A stretch of 64,000 nt of DNA, from contig ADNK01000495.1 in the NCBI GenBank assembly GCA_000320545.1, positions 1-64,000 on the forward strand. Reading direction: 5' to 3'. The stretch is from Bigelowiella natans CCMP2755 (Eukaryota > Protista > Cercozoa). The notes under the pieces are model-generated. The model worked only from the letters and a program-made list of their open reading frames with translations, had not been told where the DNA came from and did not search any database. Below, piece by piece: positions 29,036 to 42,914 of this stretch. The first letter of the stretch is position 1; the number at the start of each line of letters is the position of its first letter. The translations under genes were made by a program, and so were the position numbers.

Positions 29036-31543
29036 ATGAGTGGCGGCTGTCGACGTGGAGTCCACGTGTTCATCGCAGCAGTGGTGTTCCTGGTTGTCCT
29101 CCTGGCAACAGCAACCTCTATTCTCTCGTCTGTCGGAGATGCTTCGACCTCGCCTTCATTAGCAGCAAAGCTTGCTGTCGTAGTGAAACCAAGGGCGTTT
29201 TCCCATTCGATAAGCAGAGTAAAACCTTTTTCCGAACCTGTATCCTTTTCTCTAAAAGTTGTCAAATGAATTTATTATCAGGGGAGCTGCAACCGTCCAA
29301 CACGTTCTACCCTGGTGAAGGTTCGATACCCAAGCTGTTGATTTTCAAAAAAAGTCCCAATTTATTCCACCGTATGTGAATGTTTGGTTCAGAGCACAAC
29401 TGGCAGGAGGGAAGCTCTCGTAAGTAGTCTTACGGGCTTACAGACGTCAACATGAAAACATCATGAAAGGCAGCAGCAAATTTCTTCGATTGAAGATATG
29501 ATAATTCGTCCTTTATATGCACTAACACTCTACGGCTTGGCAGGGTGGGCTGATGTTGGCAACGACTGCAGGGCTTTCGCTCTCTTTACCGAAGGATGCA
29601 CAGGCGTTAAATCCCGAAATAGTCGTTGGTATCGTTACACCACACTCATTCCACAACGTTGTAAAATACTCCTACATCTCTGAAGCCTCACAAATTTCCC
29701 ATTCATTAGAATCGTACCGCGACATAAAGCCTCGCAATATCGTCATCACGGGCGCAAACAGTGGCATTGGGTGTGCATGATATTCTGAACCATCCGGAGA
29801 ATTTCGTTTATGACGTTTCCCCTCACTTAATACCTCTCAGAAGAAGCGCGGCTCGCATGTTAGCTGCGGCTGGGCACAATGTTTACGCCGTTTGTCGCAC
29901 TATGGAGAAAGCACAAGCGGTATTAACTTCATCATAATTCACCTTGGCTACAGTGTACGACATCGGTTTCCTTGTTGATTACTATAAAGACTGTCGAGGA
30001 ACTAACGACAAGCCTTGGAGAAAATATGCGAGGAAGGCTGTTCCCCCTCGCATGCGACCTTGCTGACTTGGATTCCGGTTGCCTTCAACATTAACAAAAT
30101 GAAAGCTCCGCCAATCTTATAATGATAATTTCTTACTTTCCTCTTCTTCAGTCCGGAAGTTTGTAACGCATTACAAAAGCCTCAACATCCCCTTGAATGT
30201 AAGCAATTCCCTTTAAGACAACGACGCAAAGAATGAATCTTCGCTGGTCTTGCAGGTTTTGGTAGCAAATGCTGGTCTTTCACTTAACGCAAATAACAAA
30301 GATGTCGAAGCTCCTCGCACGAAGGATGGATTCGAGCTTACGGTACGTTTTGAATGAGTTACTTTCCTTCAACCAATGCCTTCAATATCATAAGGAATAT
30401 TATCGGCAAAAATACATCGATGTTTTTCCTTATTATTTAAAAACTCGAACCGTGCGTTCTTACAAGGTGGGAACGAACTATCTTGGGCACTTTTTGTTAG
30501 TGAATCTCCTTGTTGATGAGCTTGAGAAAGCAGGTCAGTTAGCATTCGGTCGAATGACGATATTCAGCAGCCTGTATTCTCGATTTACAACGTATAATGC
30601 ACTAAGATGAATGTACACTGCTCTGTCACGCAAGACTCTTGTCTCCAAGCAGATGATGAGCTACTTTAACGTAATAATCACTACAGGCAAAGACTCGCGA
30701 ATAGTGATCACCGGATCAGAGGTTGGAAGATCGAGGGGAAAACATCCCAAATATAAGTGTTGTCAGTTACTGTGTTTCTCCAAACTGACACGTATTGATA
30801 TCTAGCACGTACCCTCCTCCTCCTCCTCCTCCTCCTCCTCCTACTACTACTACTACTACTATTACTACCAACTCGTTTTCTTCTTCTCCTCTATCGTTGC
30901 CCCTTCACTCGGTGCAGTTTGCATGGTAGAAGTAGTAGTAGTAGTAGTAATAGTAGTAGCAGCAGTAGTAGCAGTATATCTCTAGCCAGCAGAACGCATC
31001 ATATACAACAACCGTGCTCTTATGATATAAAAGGTTCATGATCCTGAGAGTCCTGGAGGGAGAGTAGGCTCCTTGGCGTCTCTCGGAGACTTAAGGTGAA
31101 GATGGTGTTGGAGCTCCTCTCGCGATGTTGTTGTCTGCCCTGTTGTTACCATAACTAATCTACTCGCACAGTTCTCTACATACTGCACACTTTTCTCGCA
31201 AAACCTTTATCTGCTATGCTTCTCCACGCAGCGGGCTGGAAAACAAAGGCGCGATGATCGATGGCGGTGATGATTATTATTCTCCCACTTTGTTACTCTC
31301 CGATGCCGTCATATATGTGTATGCTCATCACCGTGATATAGGGTATGGCGCCCAATATGTAGATCGTCCGTTTGGAATAGTGACGTTTTGCTGATATTAA
31401 TTGTGTCGCAATGTTCTCGTTGATTGTGCGTAATTTGTCAATGAATACCCTCGTTTGCAGGCAAGTTCGATCCTGATAAAGCCTACAAAGACTCTAAGCT
31501 AGCAGATCTTATGTAATCACCCGACTCATTATTACATATAAGC

Positions 31544-31581
<38 letters not shown>

Positions 31582-32010
31582 CTTTCTCTTTGAGCATGCA
31601 ACACAGACAAATTCTACGTGTCATTCATTCATTCGTCACTTATCGAGACGAAGTAACAGCATTCGATGATCAATTACAGGTTTGCACTAGAGCTGCAGCG
31701 ACGTCTTAAGGCAAAAGGCTGCACAACGACTGTGAATTCATTTGGACCTGGTACATAGGGTTGGTTCGTGATAATATGTAGTTCAGAAGTAGTGTTGCCC
31801 CTTTATCGGCCTTAATGCCTTAAACTAAAATTCAGGGGTAGCAGATTTTTGAAGCAGCATATATATTAGCTTGTTTTGCGTCTTCTGCTAATGTTCAGAT
31901 ACAGCCATGCTAACCCGAAATATAATTAAGTTCTCACTTGTTGCTTTTGTGACGATGTTGTGAAGGGATAAACTGTTCTGAACATATCGTCACTCATCTG
32001 CGATATCGCA

Positions 32011-32069
<59 letters not shown>

Positions 32070-32501
32070 AATTCGTATCTCTGATATAAACCGCAGGTCT
32101 GATCACGCGATCTGGGTTTTTCCGCAACCAGGATCAGGTCTTCAGTAAGCTGTTCGATTTTGCAGCCTCGGTACGGAGCGTGAGCTATGAGAGCCATGTG
32201 CCTCACGTTATTAATTTTACAATCCCATCGTGGCGAAATCTAAACGAATCTCTGCTTCTTCATACTTCTGGTTTTCACCGCTCAGGATATCTTTCGTGTA
32301 ACCGAAACCGTGGACTTTGGAGGCGCGTGCATTGTATACATGGCGTTGTCCCCCGATCTTGAAAGTGTAGGTGGAAAGTGGTATAACGCCGTCCAGGTAT
32401 TTAATTTTACCTGCTACAATCGTCATAGTAGTAGGTAGTAGAAGCAATAGTAGAAATGGAGGGGATGGCGGTCTAAAAGTAGCACCGCCTAAGCTTCATA
32501 A

Positions 32502-32547
<46 letters not shown>

Positions 32548-32677
32548 TATACATATTCCTTCTTAGCCTGGAAAGCCTGTATTTGAGGAATTACTGCCGT
32601 CAAAGGAAGCTAGGGATGAAGGCAAGGCTGCAAGGCTGTTTGACATATCCTCGAATCTTGTTGGAACAATGACATAA
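29036..32677 (+). CDS. Protochlorophyllide-reductase-like short-chain dehydrogenase (SDR) with a signal + transit + Tat-like presequence
   Basis: IVITGANSGIG, AVCR, CDLADLDSV, LVANAG, GTNYLGHFLL, SLGDLSGL..AMIDGGKFDPDKAYKDSK, VNSFGPGLIT; stop TAA at 32675-32677. Confidence 0.85.
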
Positions 32678-32911
32678 AAGATGATGGTGCATCGAAAGTG
32701 AACGACACACATAAGCTGTTGTAGCTCGACCCTTTTGCGTAGAAAGAGTATAGATGGAGCGTGTTTAGTCTAAGATTGTATTTTACAAGGTATCTCTCAA
32801 CGCAAATATGCACGAATGCAACACTTGTGCTCAACTTTGTAACAAATTAAATATTCGCCACGAGACGCTGGTTTACAAATATAGTGAATAGATTTGCACA
32901 TCATCTTCCTC

Positions 32912-32957
<46 letters not shown>

Positions 32958-33436
32958 TTCTTTCTCTCACCCTGTTTATGTTTGTGTGCGCATGTCGTGG
33001 CGTAACATGACCTTTCTGCGCTATCTGAACGGTAGAGATGCCACTTGAATATACCATTTCTGCTCCTGAATCACTTCTATCTATCGTTAGCATAATGAAA
33101 TTAGCATGCGCATACCGCACTTTATGCATTTTTACACATAAAGCTAGCTGCGAATGACGAACGTTTGTCCATATGTGTGTGCATAGCCGGTATATCGGTG
33201 CAATGTAACAAATATATATACACACATCTTTATGTAACTGTGCGTGATACTCATACCCAACGCTTTGGTGGCCACAAACGTACGTACATACACATCGCCG
33301 CATGTGCCACGTGCAGTGTCCTGCTGTACTATTCATGATTTCAGCGTACATACATGAAGTGCACACACATGAGGAAATAATCGTTGCGATGTGCTATGAT
33401 GATGCCAAAACTATTGCTTCGGTGACTACTAAAGTA

Positions 33437-35552
<2,116 letters not shown>

Positions 35553-35859
35553 CGTGGAGGAGGTCGTAGATAGCAGCTACGAGCACTTTTGAGTTGAGTA
35601 TCAAGGACGATTGTATGTCGATTGAAATATGTCTCCCTCTCAACACCATGCACCCGCTCCGCCGACGCCAGCATGAGATGAATTGCGTCAGCATCTGCAT
35701 GCTGACTGGAACCTCGGGCGCAGAAGAAGCGAGAAGCGTTTCCGGGAATCTTCGGAGAAGAGCAGGCAGTCAGCGCAGTCAGCGCTTCGTTACATGTACG
35801 AGAAGTCGGTTAGTAGCGGGTACTAGCAGCATCATTACATGCACCACAATTTTTTGAAT

Positions 35860-37230
35860 TTTTGAAACATCGCTCGCGCGTGCGTTTGAAGCGACAACGG
35901 AGTCTAGCACAAATCATCAGTGCAAAGTTTGCTAAGACCCTTTTCATTTTGACGTGAATATTTTCATCGATGAAACATGCATGTTTTTTTTGTCCAAAGT
36001 GAACCGCCCACCGCACATGAAAATCCATGTTGCTGCATTCACATGTTGCACTAGCAGCTAGAGCAACATGGATTTTCATGATCACTTTGGACCAAAAAAT
36101 TGTGGATGTTTCATGGATGAATTTGCACCACCGCGTGCGTGGCATGTGACATGCACACAACACACACATGTTGTGCACACCTGGACACCATGTCCACATG
36201 CAGTGGCACACATCATCAACTGCTGCGTGCGTGCTAGCGTGCACTCCATTGCCACGTCTAGCTAGATGGAAATGCAGTCCACCATCATCACGTTCGTGTC
36301 GTTCATTGTTCATTCCAGCATTGTTCATTGTCAATTCGCAACACGCATCAACAATCATCTGGCAATTGTCATCTGGTCACACGCACGTGATGTGTGTCAG
36401 TGCATGCCCTCATTGTCCGCAGCCACAGATCTAGAGATGCTTGTCCTGATCGACCTGGTGATGTGTGCGTTGCGTGATCGAATCATCTTCACGTTGCGTT
36501 CTCGCATGCGCATCATTGAATTGATCGACTCTTTGCCACTCTGGCACTGACCACTTTCTTGCACCGTGCTCGCCAAATGACTGGCATGGAAAACATGCTG
36601 GCATGCGCCGCACCAGCCTAGCAGCTAGCCAGCAGCCAACGAAGCCCTCTGGCTTGCTAGCTAGCCCTAGAGCCCTGCTGCATGCATCGCATGCTTTGTT
36701 TGCATTGGCACAATGCACAAATGCAACTGCTCATCATGCCACAGCACATGCATGGCAACGTCGTCAGACGCTGTGTTCGATCGATCAATGCCTGTATGGT
36801 TCACCGACCTGGAACCCAGCTAGCCGCCAGTTCGAAAGTGCCAGAGTGTGCCAGGAGTGCTCGCGATGATGCATCGAGAATCAACGTTCTAGCTCTGTCT
36901 GCTCAAATCAAAATTGTGCGTCCGTCTAGCCATAGCCAAGCGTGTGAAATCAGTCGATCATGCAGCGACGATCGAATGAAACCAATGAGCAGCTAGCTAA
37001 GAGCAGCGGGCACAAGCTACGTGCAGCTTGAACATGGCTGTCCAGACGGGTCAAGCTAGCAAGTCTGCGAATGCATGAGGAAGCGCATGTGCGCTACATT
37101 TGTCAAGTATGCAAGCACAAATGACAATTCTCACGATGTGCGCGCTCTGCATTCATTCATCAGAGCAAATAAAGGTCTTTGTGTGTACGTGTGTGTGTGC
37201 GCGCGCATGGAAATGTCGCAGCACACTTCA
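35860..37230. repeat. TpA-depleted, CTAG-retaining intergenic block (probably a decayed transposon)
   Basis: In 35961-36793 all 11 TA dinucleotides found are within CTAG. Confidence 0.75.
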
Positions 37231-37609
37231 CTACGAGAAATTCATGTAATCCGAAAAAGGGGATGATTTATATTCTGGAAATTTTAATAACACTAAGGTC
37301 TAGAAGCTATCATTTTACAACAACATGCTATTATCAGTAGGTTTATCCGACTGACTGACCCCCCTACGGGCATAACTTCTTCATCATTTACAAATCTGGA
37401 ACGTTCGTGTAATAATTGTTTCGACACATGTTTAAGGTGGGATAGATATCCTCTGAGGAAGGTCGTAAGTGAATCCATAGTGAGAATGAAAAAGATTTTC
37501 CTCCATCAACAATTATCCCCTTGATTCTGTCGCTCCTATTCCACAGTTGCGTTCATTTGTTCTGCAGGTTTGACTACTGCCACTACACCTGCTTTAGCCG
37601 AACTTATGA

Positions 37610-38383
37610 TTATGCCTCAGTCTCAGCCTTTGGAAAGATATCTCCAACGACTAGATCCTTGTTGTCATCGCCGTCCGCCAATTTTGAGACACCGATGGCA
37701 ACCTTGGTTGGAACTTGTTTGACACTGCGAGCCAGTTTCGTTGGCAATGCCTTAATAGAGCCTGCAATCTGGGCAATAACTTCCGTTCGCGTTGGCAGAT
37801 TCTTAAGTGCTTTGATAGCTTCAGTGTCAAGGAAAGTTCCGTCCATGCAGCCTCCCGAAAGACTGGGCACCTTAGTTTCTGGATCAGCCTTTGCAGCCTT
37901 TTTGCATTCTTCCTCAAACTCAAGGTATGCCTTCACACATGAGGCCACGTTTTCTCCTGCAAACCACCACGCATTGTCGCCTTTGCACGCAGCTTCAATA
38001 GCTTCATAACCCTCCACCTCAGACCCTGCCTGCTTCATCAAGGTGTTCATGGCCACCTGAATTTTGGCGTCCTCAGGAAGCTTTTTGCGAAGCCCCTCCA
38101 TTTGCTTCACAGTGAACCCATTGAAGTTCATTCCGAATACCAAAGAACTTTTCTCGAGAGTTTGTTTTAAATCTGCTACGGTTTCTTCCTTCTTTTGACG
38201 AGTCAGGGCATTTGTGACCCAGGAATTCGAACGCAAAGCATTGTGTCTAGTGCCTGTAGTGAACGAAGCTGTGCGAGTGGTTGAGAGACTAGCACCAACT
38301 TGGCGAGGAGTGCCAACGATTGCATCATAACAACTCACTAAGACAAGTGCAGTAAATGCGCCAGCTATATACGACACCTTCAT
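37610..38383 (-). CDS. rpl10: Plastid 50S ribosomal protein L10 with a bipartite (signal + transit) presequence, intronless
   Basis: MKVSYIAGAFTALVLVSC.. then an S/T/R-rich transit, then ALTRQKKEETVADLK..GFTVKQMEGLRKKLP..NTLM..LPTRTEVIAQIAG. Confidence 0.9.
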   Translation of the reverse strand: MKVSYIAGAFTALVLVSCYDAIVGTPRQVGASLSTTRTASFTTGTRHNALRSNSWVTNALTRQKKEETVADLKQTLEKSSLVFGMNFNGFTVKQMEGLRKKLPEDAKIQVAMNTLMKQAGSEVEGYEAIEAACKGDNAWWFAGENVASCVKAYLEFEEECKKAAKADPETKVPSLSGGCMDGTFLDTEAIKALKNLPTRTEVIAQIAGSIKALPTKLARSVKQVPTKVAIGVSKLADGDDNKDLVVGDIFPKAETEA

Positions 38384-38961
38384 TGTTGTGAAGGTTTGTG
38401 CTTGGGAGTGAGGGGGGTAGAGAGGAATGGATGTAAGGACCCCACGCAGAGAGCGGCAATATTATTGTACCGGGTATTGACTGGCACTAACAACAATCCC
38501 AGGCAAATAATTCTTCCTTTTTCTTCTGATGCTGCCATGTGGATTCAAATAATCTATAAATGTCCTGTATTTTCAAAATGAAGTCAGTATTACCGGGAAT
38601 CGAAATCCGAGATCTAGCAGAGATTATACGAGGTGGGATTTCCCTTCTCGGCAGACCTATGCGTTCTAGATGAAAAAACCCGCCTGGATTTCTAACAGAA
38701 AAGATAAAAATATAACCTGATACTGCGACAATTAATTTAGATTGTCGTAGAATACTGGCACCATCTATTTGTAGTCATCATAAGATACAATTGCAACATC
38801 AGTCTGACATATCCGGCCGAGGAGCTTTGCATTCCCCGCACCCAAAATTGATTCTTTTTTGCAGCAACAGCAGCAACAGCAGCAACAGCATCAACAGTAG
38901 CAACAGCAGCAAGACGAGAGCAGCCGTGAGTTGGGACTGAGAGGAACAATAGAAAACGAAA

Positions 38962-40806
38962 ATGGGGAAAAAAGATAGGAAGAAAGAGAAAAAGAAGCGC
39001 AAAAAGGAAAAAATGAAGCGCGCCCTCGAGGCTCAGGAGGAAGAATTGCGTCGGCGGAAGCGCCATAAGCAGATGATGAAAGCGAAGGAGACACCAGAGG
39101 AGCGCAGGGCAAGAAGATTGCAAAAAAAGTTGAAAAAGGAACAGCAAAGAGAAGCAGAGAATAAACTTTTTGATTACAGTAACAACAATAATCCCTTTCG
39201 GGACAAAAATTTGACGAAGATGTTCGTATGGAAGAAAAAATTTGAAAAAGAAATCAAAGATGGGAAAGATCCTTCAAAGTTAACACGAGAGAATATGCGT
39301 AGACGTCAAAAGGAGCTTCAGGCTGAGATAGAGGAATTGAAAGAAGCACGAGCGAGAAGAGAGGAGGAGCAGCTTGAGATGGAGCAGATGCGCGAGGAGC
39401 AGGAACGTCTTTCTGCACTTGCAGATCTCGAAGATTTTGAGGAAAAAGAAGAAGAGTTTCATAGAAAACAAGCGAAAGTGCGATCAGAAATCAGAATTAA
39501 GGAGGGACGTGAAAAGGCGATTGATATTCTTTTCAAAAACCTTCAAATTTATTTAAGCGACGAAGAACTTGAAGCAGATATCAGTGTGGATCTTGACGTG
39601 GAGCTCTCAGAGCCTTATAGAATATTTGATGATCTCGAGCGTGGAGAACTCGAAGAGTTGCGTAAGGACATAAAAGAGCAAGTGGACCTTAAGGAAAATC
39701 CTGATTACTGGGAATCTCTCCTAAAGGTGTGTGATGATGAACTTGAGAACTTGGATGCACAGGATAATAGGCGGAGTAAATATGGAATCCACAAGTCTGT
39801 ACAAAAAGAAATATCGCAGATGCTTGACGAGAAGAGCCACTCGGAACTTATTAAGTTACGCAGCGAAATTCGAGACAAATTGGATGGCGGAGGAAATGTA
39901 GATATTCCGTATTGGGAAGCCCTACTCAGTATGTTAAACGTTTTTGAAGCGAAGGCAACTTTGAATGACTTCCACCAAGCATTGCTCAATAAACGACTTG
40001 ATCAATTGAGGAAGCAGCAAATGGGTGCGGCTGTTGCCAAGGCAATTAGAAAGGAAATTGAAGAAGACGCCGAGGAAGATGAGGCTGAGGAAGAAAGCGT
40101 TGAGGAGGGAGACTTTTCACCCGAGCTTCTGAATGAGGCAGATCTTGAAGGGGAGGTTATTATAGATGAAGAAGAGGATATGAAACAGCTAGAAGCACAA
40201 CGGAAGATTGTCCTTGAGCAGGTAGCAAGAGAGCATGCCCTGGATGCAGCAGAGAAAACATCGAGTGAAGTACGTGAGGTAGATGTCGGCCATCATCTAA
40301 GAGCCGCTGGTCTGGCACGATTCTCTTTGACGGAACAAGAGCTAATGGCCAAAGAAGAAGGTAAAGGAATGGGTGAGGACGAAGCAAAGTTTGCAGCCGA
40401 GGTTGATGTTCCAAATGAAACATATTGGTGGCATGATAAATATCGACCTCGCAAGCCAAGATACTTCAACCGTGTCCGTACAGGATATGAATGGAATAAG
40501 TACAACCAGACGCACTACGACAAAGAAAATCCTCCTCCTAAAGTTGTCCAAGGGTACAAATTCAATATCTTTTTCCCCGATCTTATCGACCCATCGAAGG
40601 CGCCAACATACACACTCCACGAATTTGCTCCTGACCCGACTTTCTGCATCATCACTTTCAAAGCTGGCCCTCCTTATGAAGACATTGCCTTTAAGATCGT
40701 AAAAAGAAAATGGGAATTCGGACACAAAAGAGGTTTCAAAAGCAAATTTGAGCGTGGCGTTCTTTATCTATACTTCAACTTTCAGCGTGTCAGATATCGA
40801 AGGTAG
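38962..40806 (+). CDS. CACTIN: Cactin (spliceosome-associated), intronless, 614 aa
   Basis: YSNNNNPFRDKNLTKMFVWKKK; WHDKYRPRKPRYFNRVRTGYEWNKYNQTHYD; GPPYEDIAFKIV; C-terminus FNFQRVRYRR. Confidence 0.95.
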   Translation: MGKKDRKKEKKKRKKEKMKRALEAQEEELRRRKRHKQMMKAKETPEERRARRLQKKLKKEQQREAENKLFDYSNNNNPFRDKNLTKMFVWKKKFEKEIKDGKDPSKLTRENMRRRQKELQAEIEELKEARARREEEQLEMEQMREEQERLSALADLEDFEEKEEEFHRKQAKVRSEIRIKEGREKAIDILFKNLQIYLSDEELEADISVDLDVELSEPYRIFDDLERGELEELRKDIKEQVDLKENPDYWESLLKVCDDELENLDAQDNRRSKYGIHKSVQKEISQMLDEKSHSELIKLRSEIRDKLDGGGNVDIPYWEALLSMLNVFEAKATLNDFHQALLNKRLDQLRKQQMGAAVAKAIRKEIEEDAEEDEAEEESVEEGDFSPELLNEADLEGEVIIDEEEDMKQLEAQRKIVLEQVAREHALDAAEKTSSEVREVDVGHHLRAAGLARFSLTEQELMAKEEGKGMGEDEAKFAAEVDVPNETYWWHDKYRPRKPRYFNRVRTGYEWNKYNQTHYDKENPPPKVVQGYKFNIFFPDLIDPSKAPTYTLHEFAPDPTFCIITFKAGPPYEDIAFKIVKRKWEFGHKRGFKSKFERGVLYLYFNFQRVRYRR

Positions 40807-41262
40807 TGACGCTCCGGGTATCAGTCTCAAATGCATTCAGCAATTTCAACGATTTACATTTTGCACTAAACTGCGATCTATCTGTGTGCAAGTGATTTTC
40901 TTAGATGAAACCTTTGTGAAATAAATCGACTATTTTGACTGGCTACGATCAATTGCCAAAAAAATGGGCAGCTAATACTTCATGGACACCATATTTTTAT
41001 TGCATGAGGAGCGCTCTGCGCACACATCGTGCAGCATATTGCGGAGCTTGTGTTACGCTGGATACTGCGCTAATTATTGCATGTACACTATAGACATAGA
41101 CAGACACATGTGCATATAAACTACAATAGACACAGTCTATAGTAACTATGTATGCTGCTCACCGTCCAGATAGTAGCGCGCTACACCACCATCACATGTT
41201 AAAACTCGATTCACTATGCTGAAGCTCCACAAAATGAGTAGCGCCACTGCGAATTTGCATGC

Positions 41263-41308
<46 letters not shown>

Positions 41309-41319
41309 GTGTACACATC

Positions 41320-41731
41320 ATGGATGCGCGCCATCTGTGGTGTTGGCAACATTGGAACTTTTTTGCTGTCCAGAGGACAACGCACAAAATTGGAAGCAAT
41401 GTGCGACACATGCAACACATTGCAAGACATGGACCACATTCTGCAATGCAGAAAATACGGACCCACAGAGACTCAGAATCAACAAACAACTGACGGCCAT
41501 CATGGATCGCAACGATGAGACTATGCGTCTCACTACCGCGGAAAAAACAACTCGCAAAGCTGCGCGCAAAGCACGACATGCTAGACCAAATCATGATGCA
41601 TTTTCATGCATGCAACATGTGACCAAGGAAACAAACAGACACATTTTAAGCGCTGTAGCCGCTGCATTGCATAGCTACATTAGGATGAACTACCATTGAA
41701 AAAATTTAAACATTTCATTACATCCGTCTCA
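41320..41731 (+). mobile_element. 5'-truncated non-LTR retrotransposon (LINE) remnant: ORF2 C-terminal zinc knuckle and 3' end
   Basis: WMRAICGVGNIGTFLLSRG..CDTCNTLQDMDHILQCRKY (C-x2-C-x7-H-x3-C); frameshift near 41460; stop at 41699; short 3' UTR ending CATTACATCCGTCTCA; homologous copies elsewhere in the window. Confidence 0.75.
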
Positions 41732-42224
41732 TGTACGTGTACACATGTCGCATGGCAAGTCAAAGCAGGATCGTCCAGCGGCGGGATAGTCTACATCTAT
41801 CCGTTCGCTATGCACGTGAATCGTAATCGATATATCACTTACTAGCTTAGATCGAAACTAACTTACAGAGATGCGCATGCCGCATTATTTTGATTGAGTC
41901 CGTCGCAAATAAATGCCTCTAGACCAACGTACGAGATCACATTTTTTCTTTACTTGCGCAACTAGTGCATTAGTAAGAACAAAGTCATTCACATGTCTAG
42001 GTGTGCATGTAAGCGATTTATACTAGTTCGAATCGCGGTATTGTACACAACATGGATTTTCCTTCAGTTCCACTTCCCTGCCTTTCGACATAGAGACTTT
42101 ACACTTTCCGTCCTTTTCTCTTGCTATAGAACTCACGCTCCTCCCTAAAAATATGAGATAAGAAATTAGTGGCGATTCAAAACTAGAAACTATGAGACAG
42201 TAATATAGGTAAGCGGCTTCTGTA

Positions 42225-42914
42225 TTACATTTGAGTATCAGTCTCGAACCACTTCATCTTTTTCATGAACTCTATTGGAGGTGACCATTTCTCCAAGTAA
42301 CTCATTATTCCTACGGTCCTTGCTCGTCGTATCAAGCGTGCAATCTTTCGCTGTGCTTTTGCACACGTTCCATTTACGCGTGAAGAATTTATCATCCCTC
42401 TTTCGTTCACAAATTTATTCAGAAGAACCAGGTTTGTGTATTCGACTTTCTTCACATGATCACACATTTTTACCTGGAAGTGATCGCACAACAAGCATGG
42501 ATTTTTCACGTTTACGTTTCCTTTCGGTCCACTGTTTTCCACATAGTACGGTACTGGTTCATCTCTCGTGAACGCTGATGCCAAATCTTCCAATTGGTTA
42601 TAATCTGGTGTTCCTTTCATCGTCACGTTATCGATCATATTTTTGAAGTCGTCAGGGTAGACCGGTTTTACTCTCTTCCAGCCTTCCTCCGACAGTCGAG
42701 AGACCATCTCCTCTGTAAGCTGTGGAGGGTTGTTACGGTCGAGAAAGCTGAACTCTTCATCCTCACTTGCGTCAGGTTTTGTTTCCGTCGATAGAGGTGC
42801 CGTAAGAAACTTTCGTAACCTTGGATTGACGCCTTGTACAACGCTACAAATGGGATAATGGCCCCAGGTGGCTGCTTTAGCTCTTCGAGCAGCCAGGCGC
42901 CATTGCGTGCGCAT
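42225..42914 (-). CDS. rps18: Mitochondrial ribosomal protein S18 (bS18m), intronless
   Basis: Arg-rich N-terminus MRTQWRLAARRAKAA; S18 core NPCLLC..VEYTNLVLLNKFVNERGMINSSRVNGTCAKAQRKIARLIRRARTVGIMSY. Confidence 0.88.
   Translation of the reverse strand: MRTQWRLAARRAKAATWGHYPICSVVQGVNPRLRKFLTAPLSTETKPDASEDEEFSFLDRNNPPQLTEEMVSRLSEEGWKRVKPVYPDDFKNMIDNVTMKGTPDYNQLEDLASAFTRDEPVPYYVENSGPKGNVNVKNPCLLCDHFQVKMCDHVKKVEYTNLVLLNKFVNERGMINSSRVNGTCAKAQRKIARLIRRARTVGIMSYLEKWSPPIEFMKKMKWFETDTQM

Noticed and set aside
29036-32677. Assignment as true light-dependent POR (por)
   Set aside because: The conserved cysteine motifs are absent; kept as a POR-like SDR
35950-35957. TGACGTGA UPRE-like site upstream of BiP
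   Set aside because: A single 8-mer at the edge of an ACGT/TG-rich mutated block; a chance occurrence is likely
35810-36996. Stack of long Cys/His/Met-rich ORFs on both strands (similar stacks at 27.0, 47.0 and 62.3 kb)
   Set aside because: An artefact of TpA loss removing TAA/TAG stops; no gene structure
35860-37230. Ordinary CpG decay or fungal RIP as the cause of the blocks
   Set aside because: CpG remains common, and RIP would raise TpA rather than remove it
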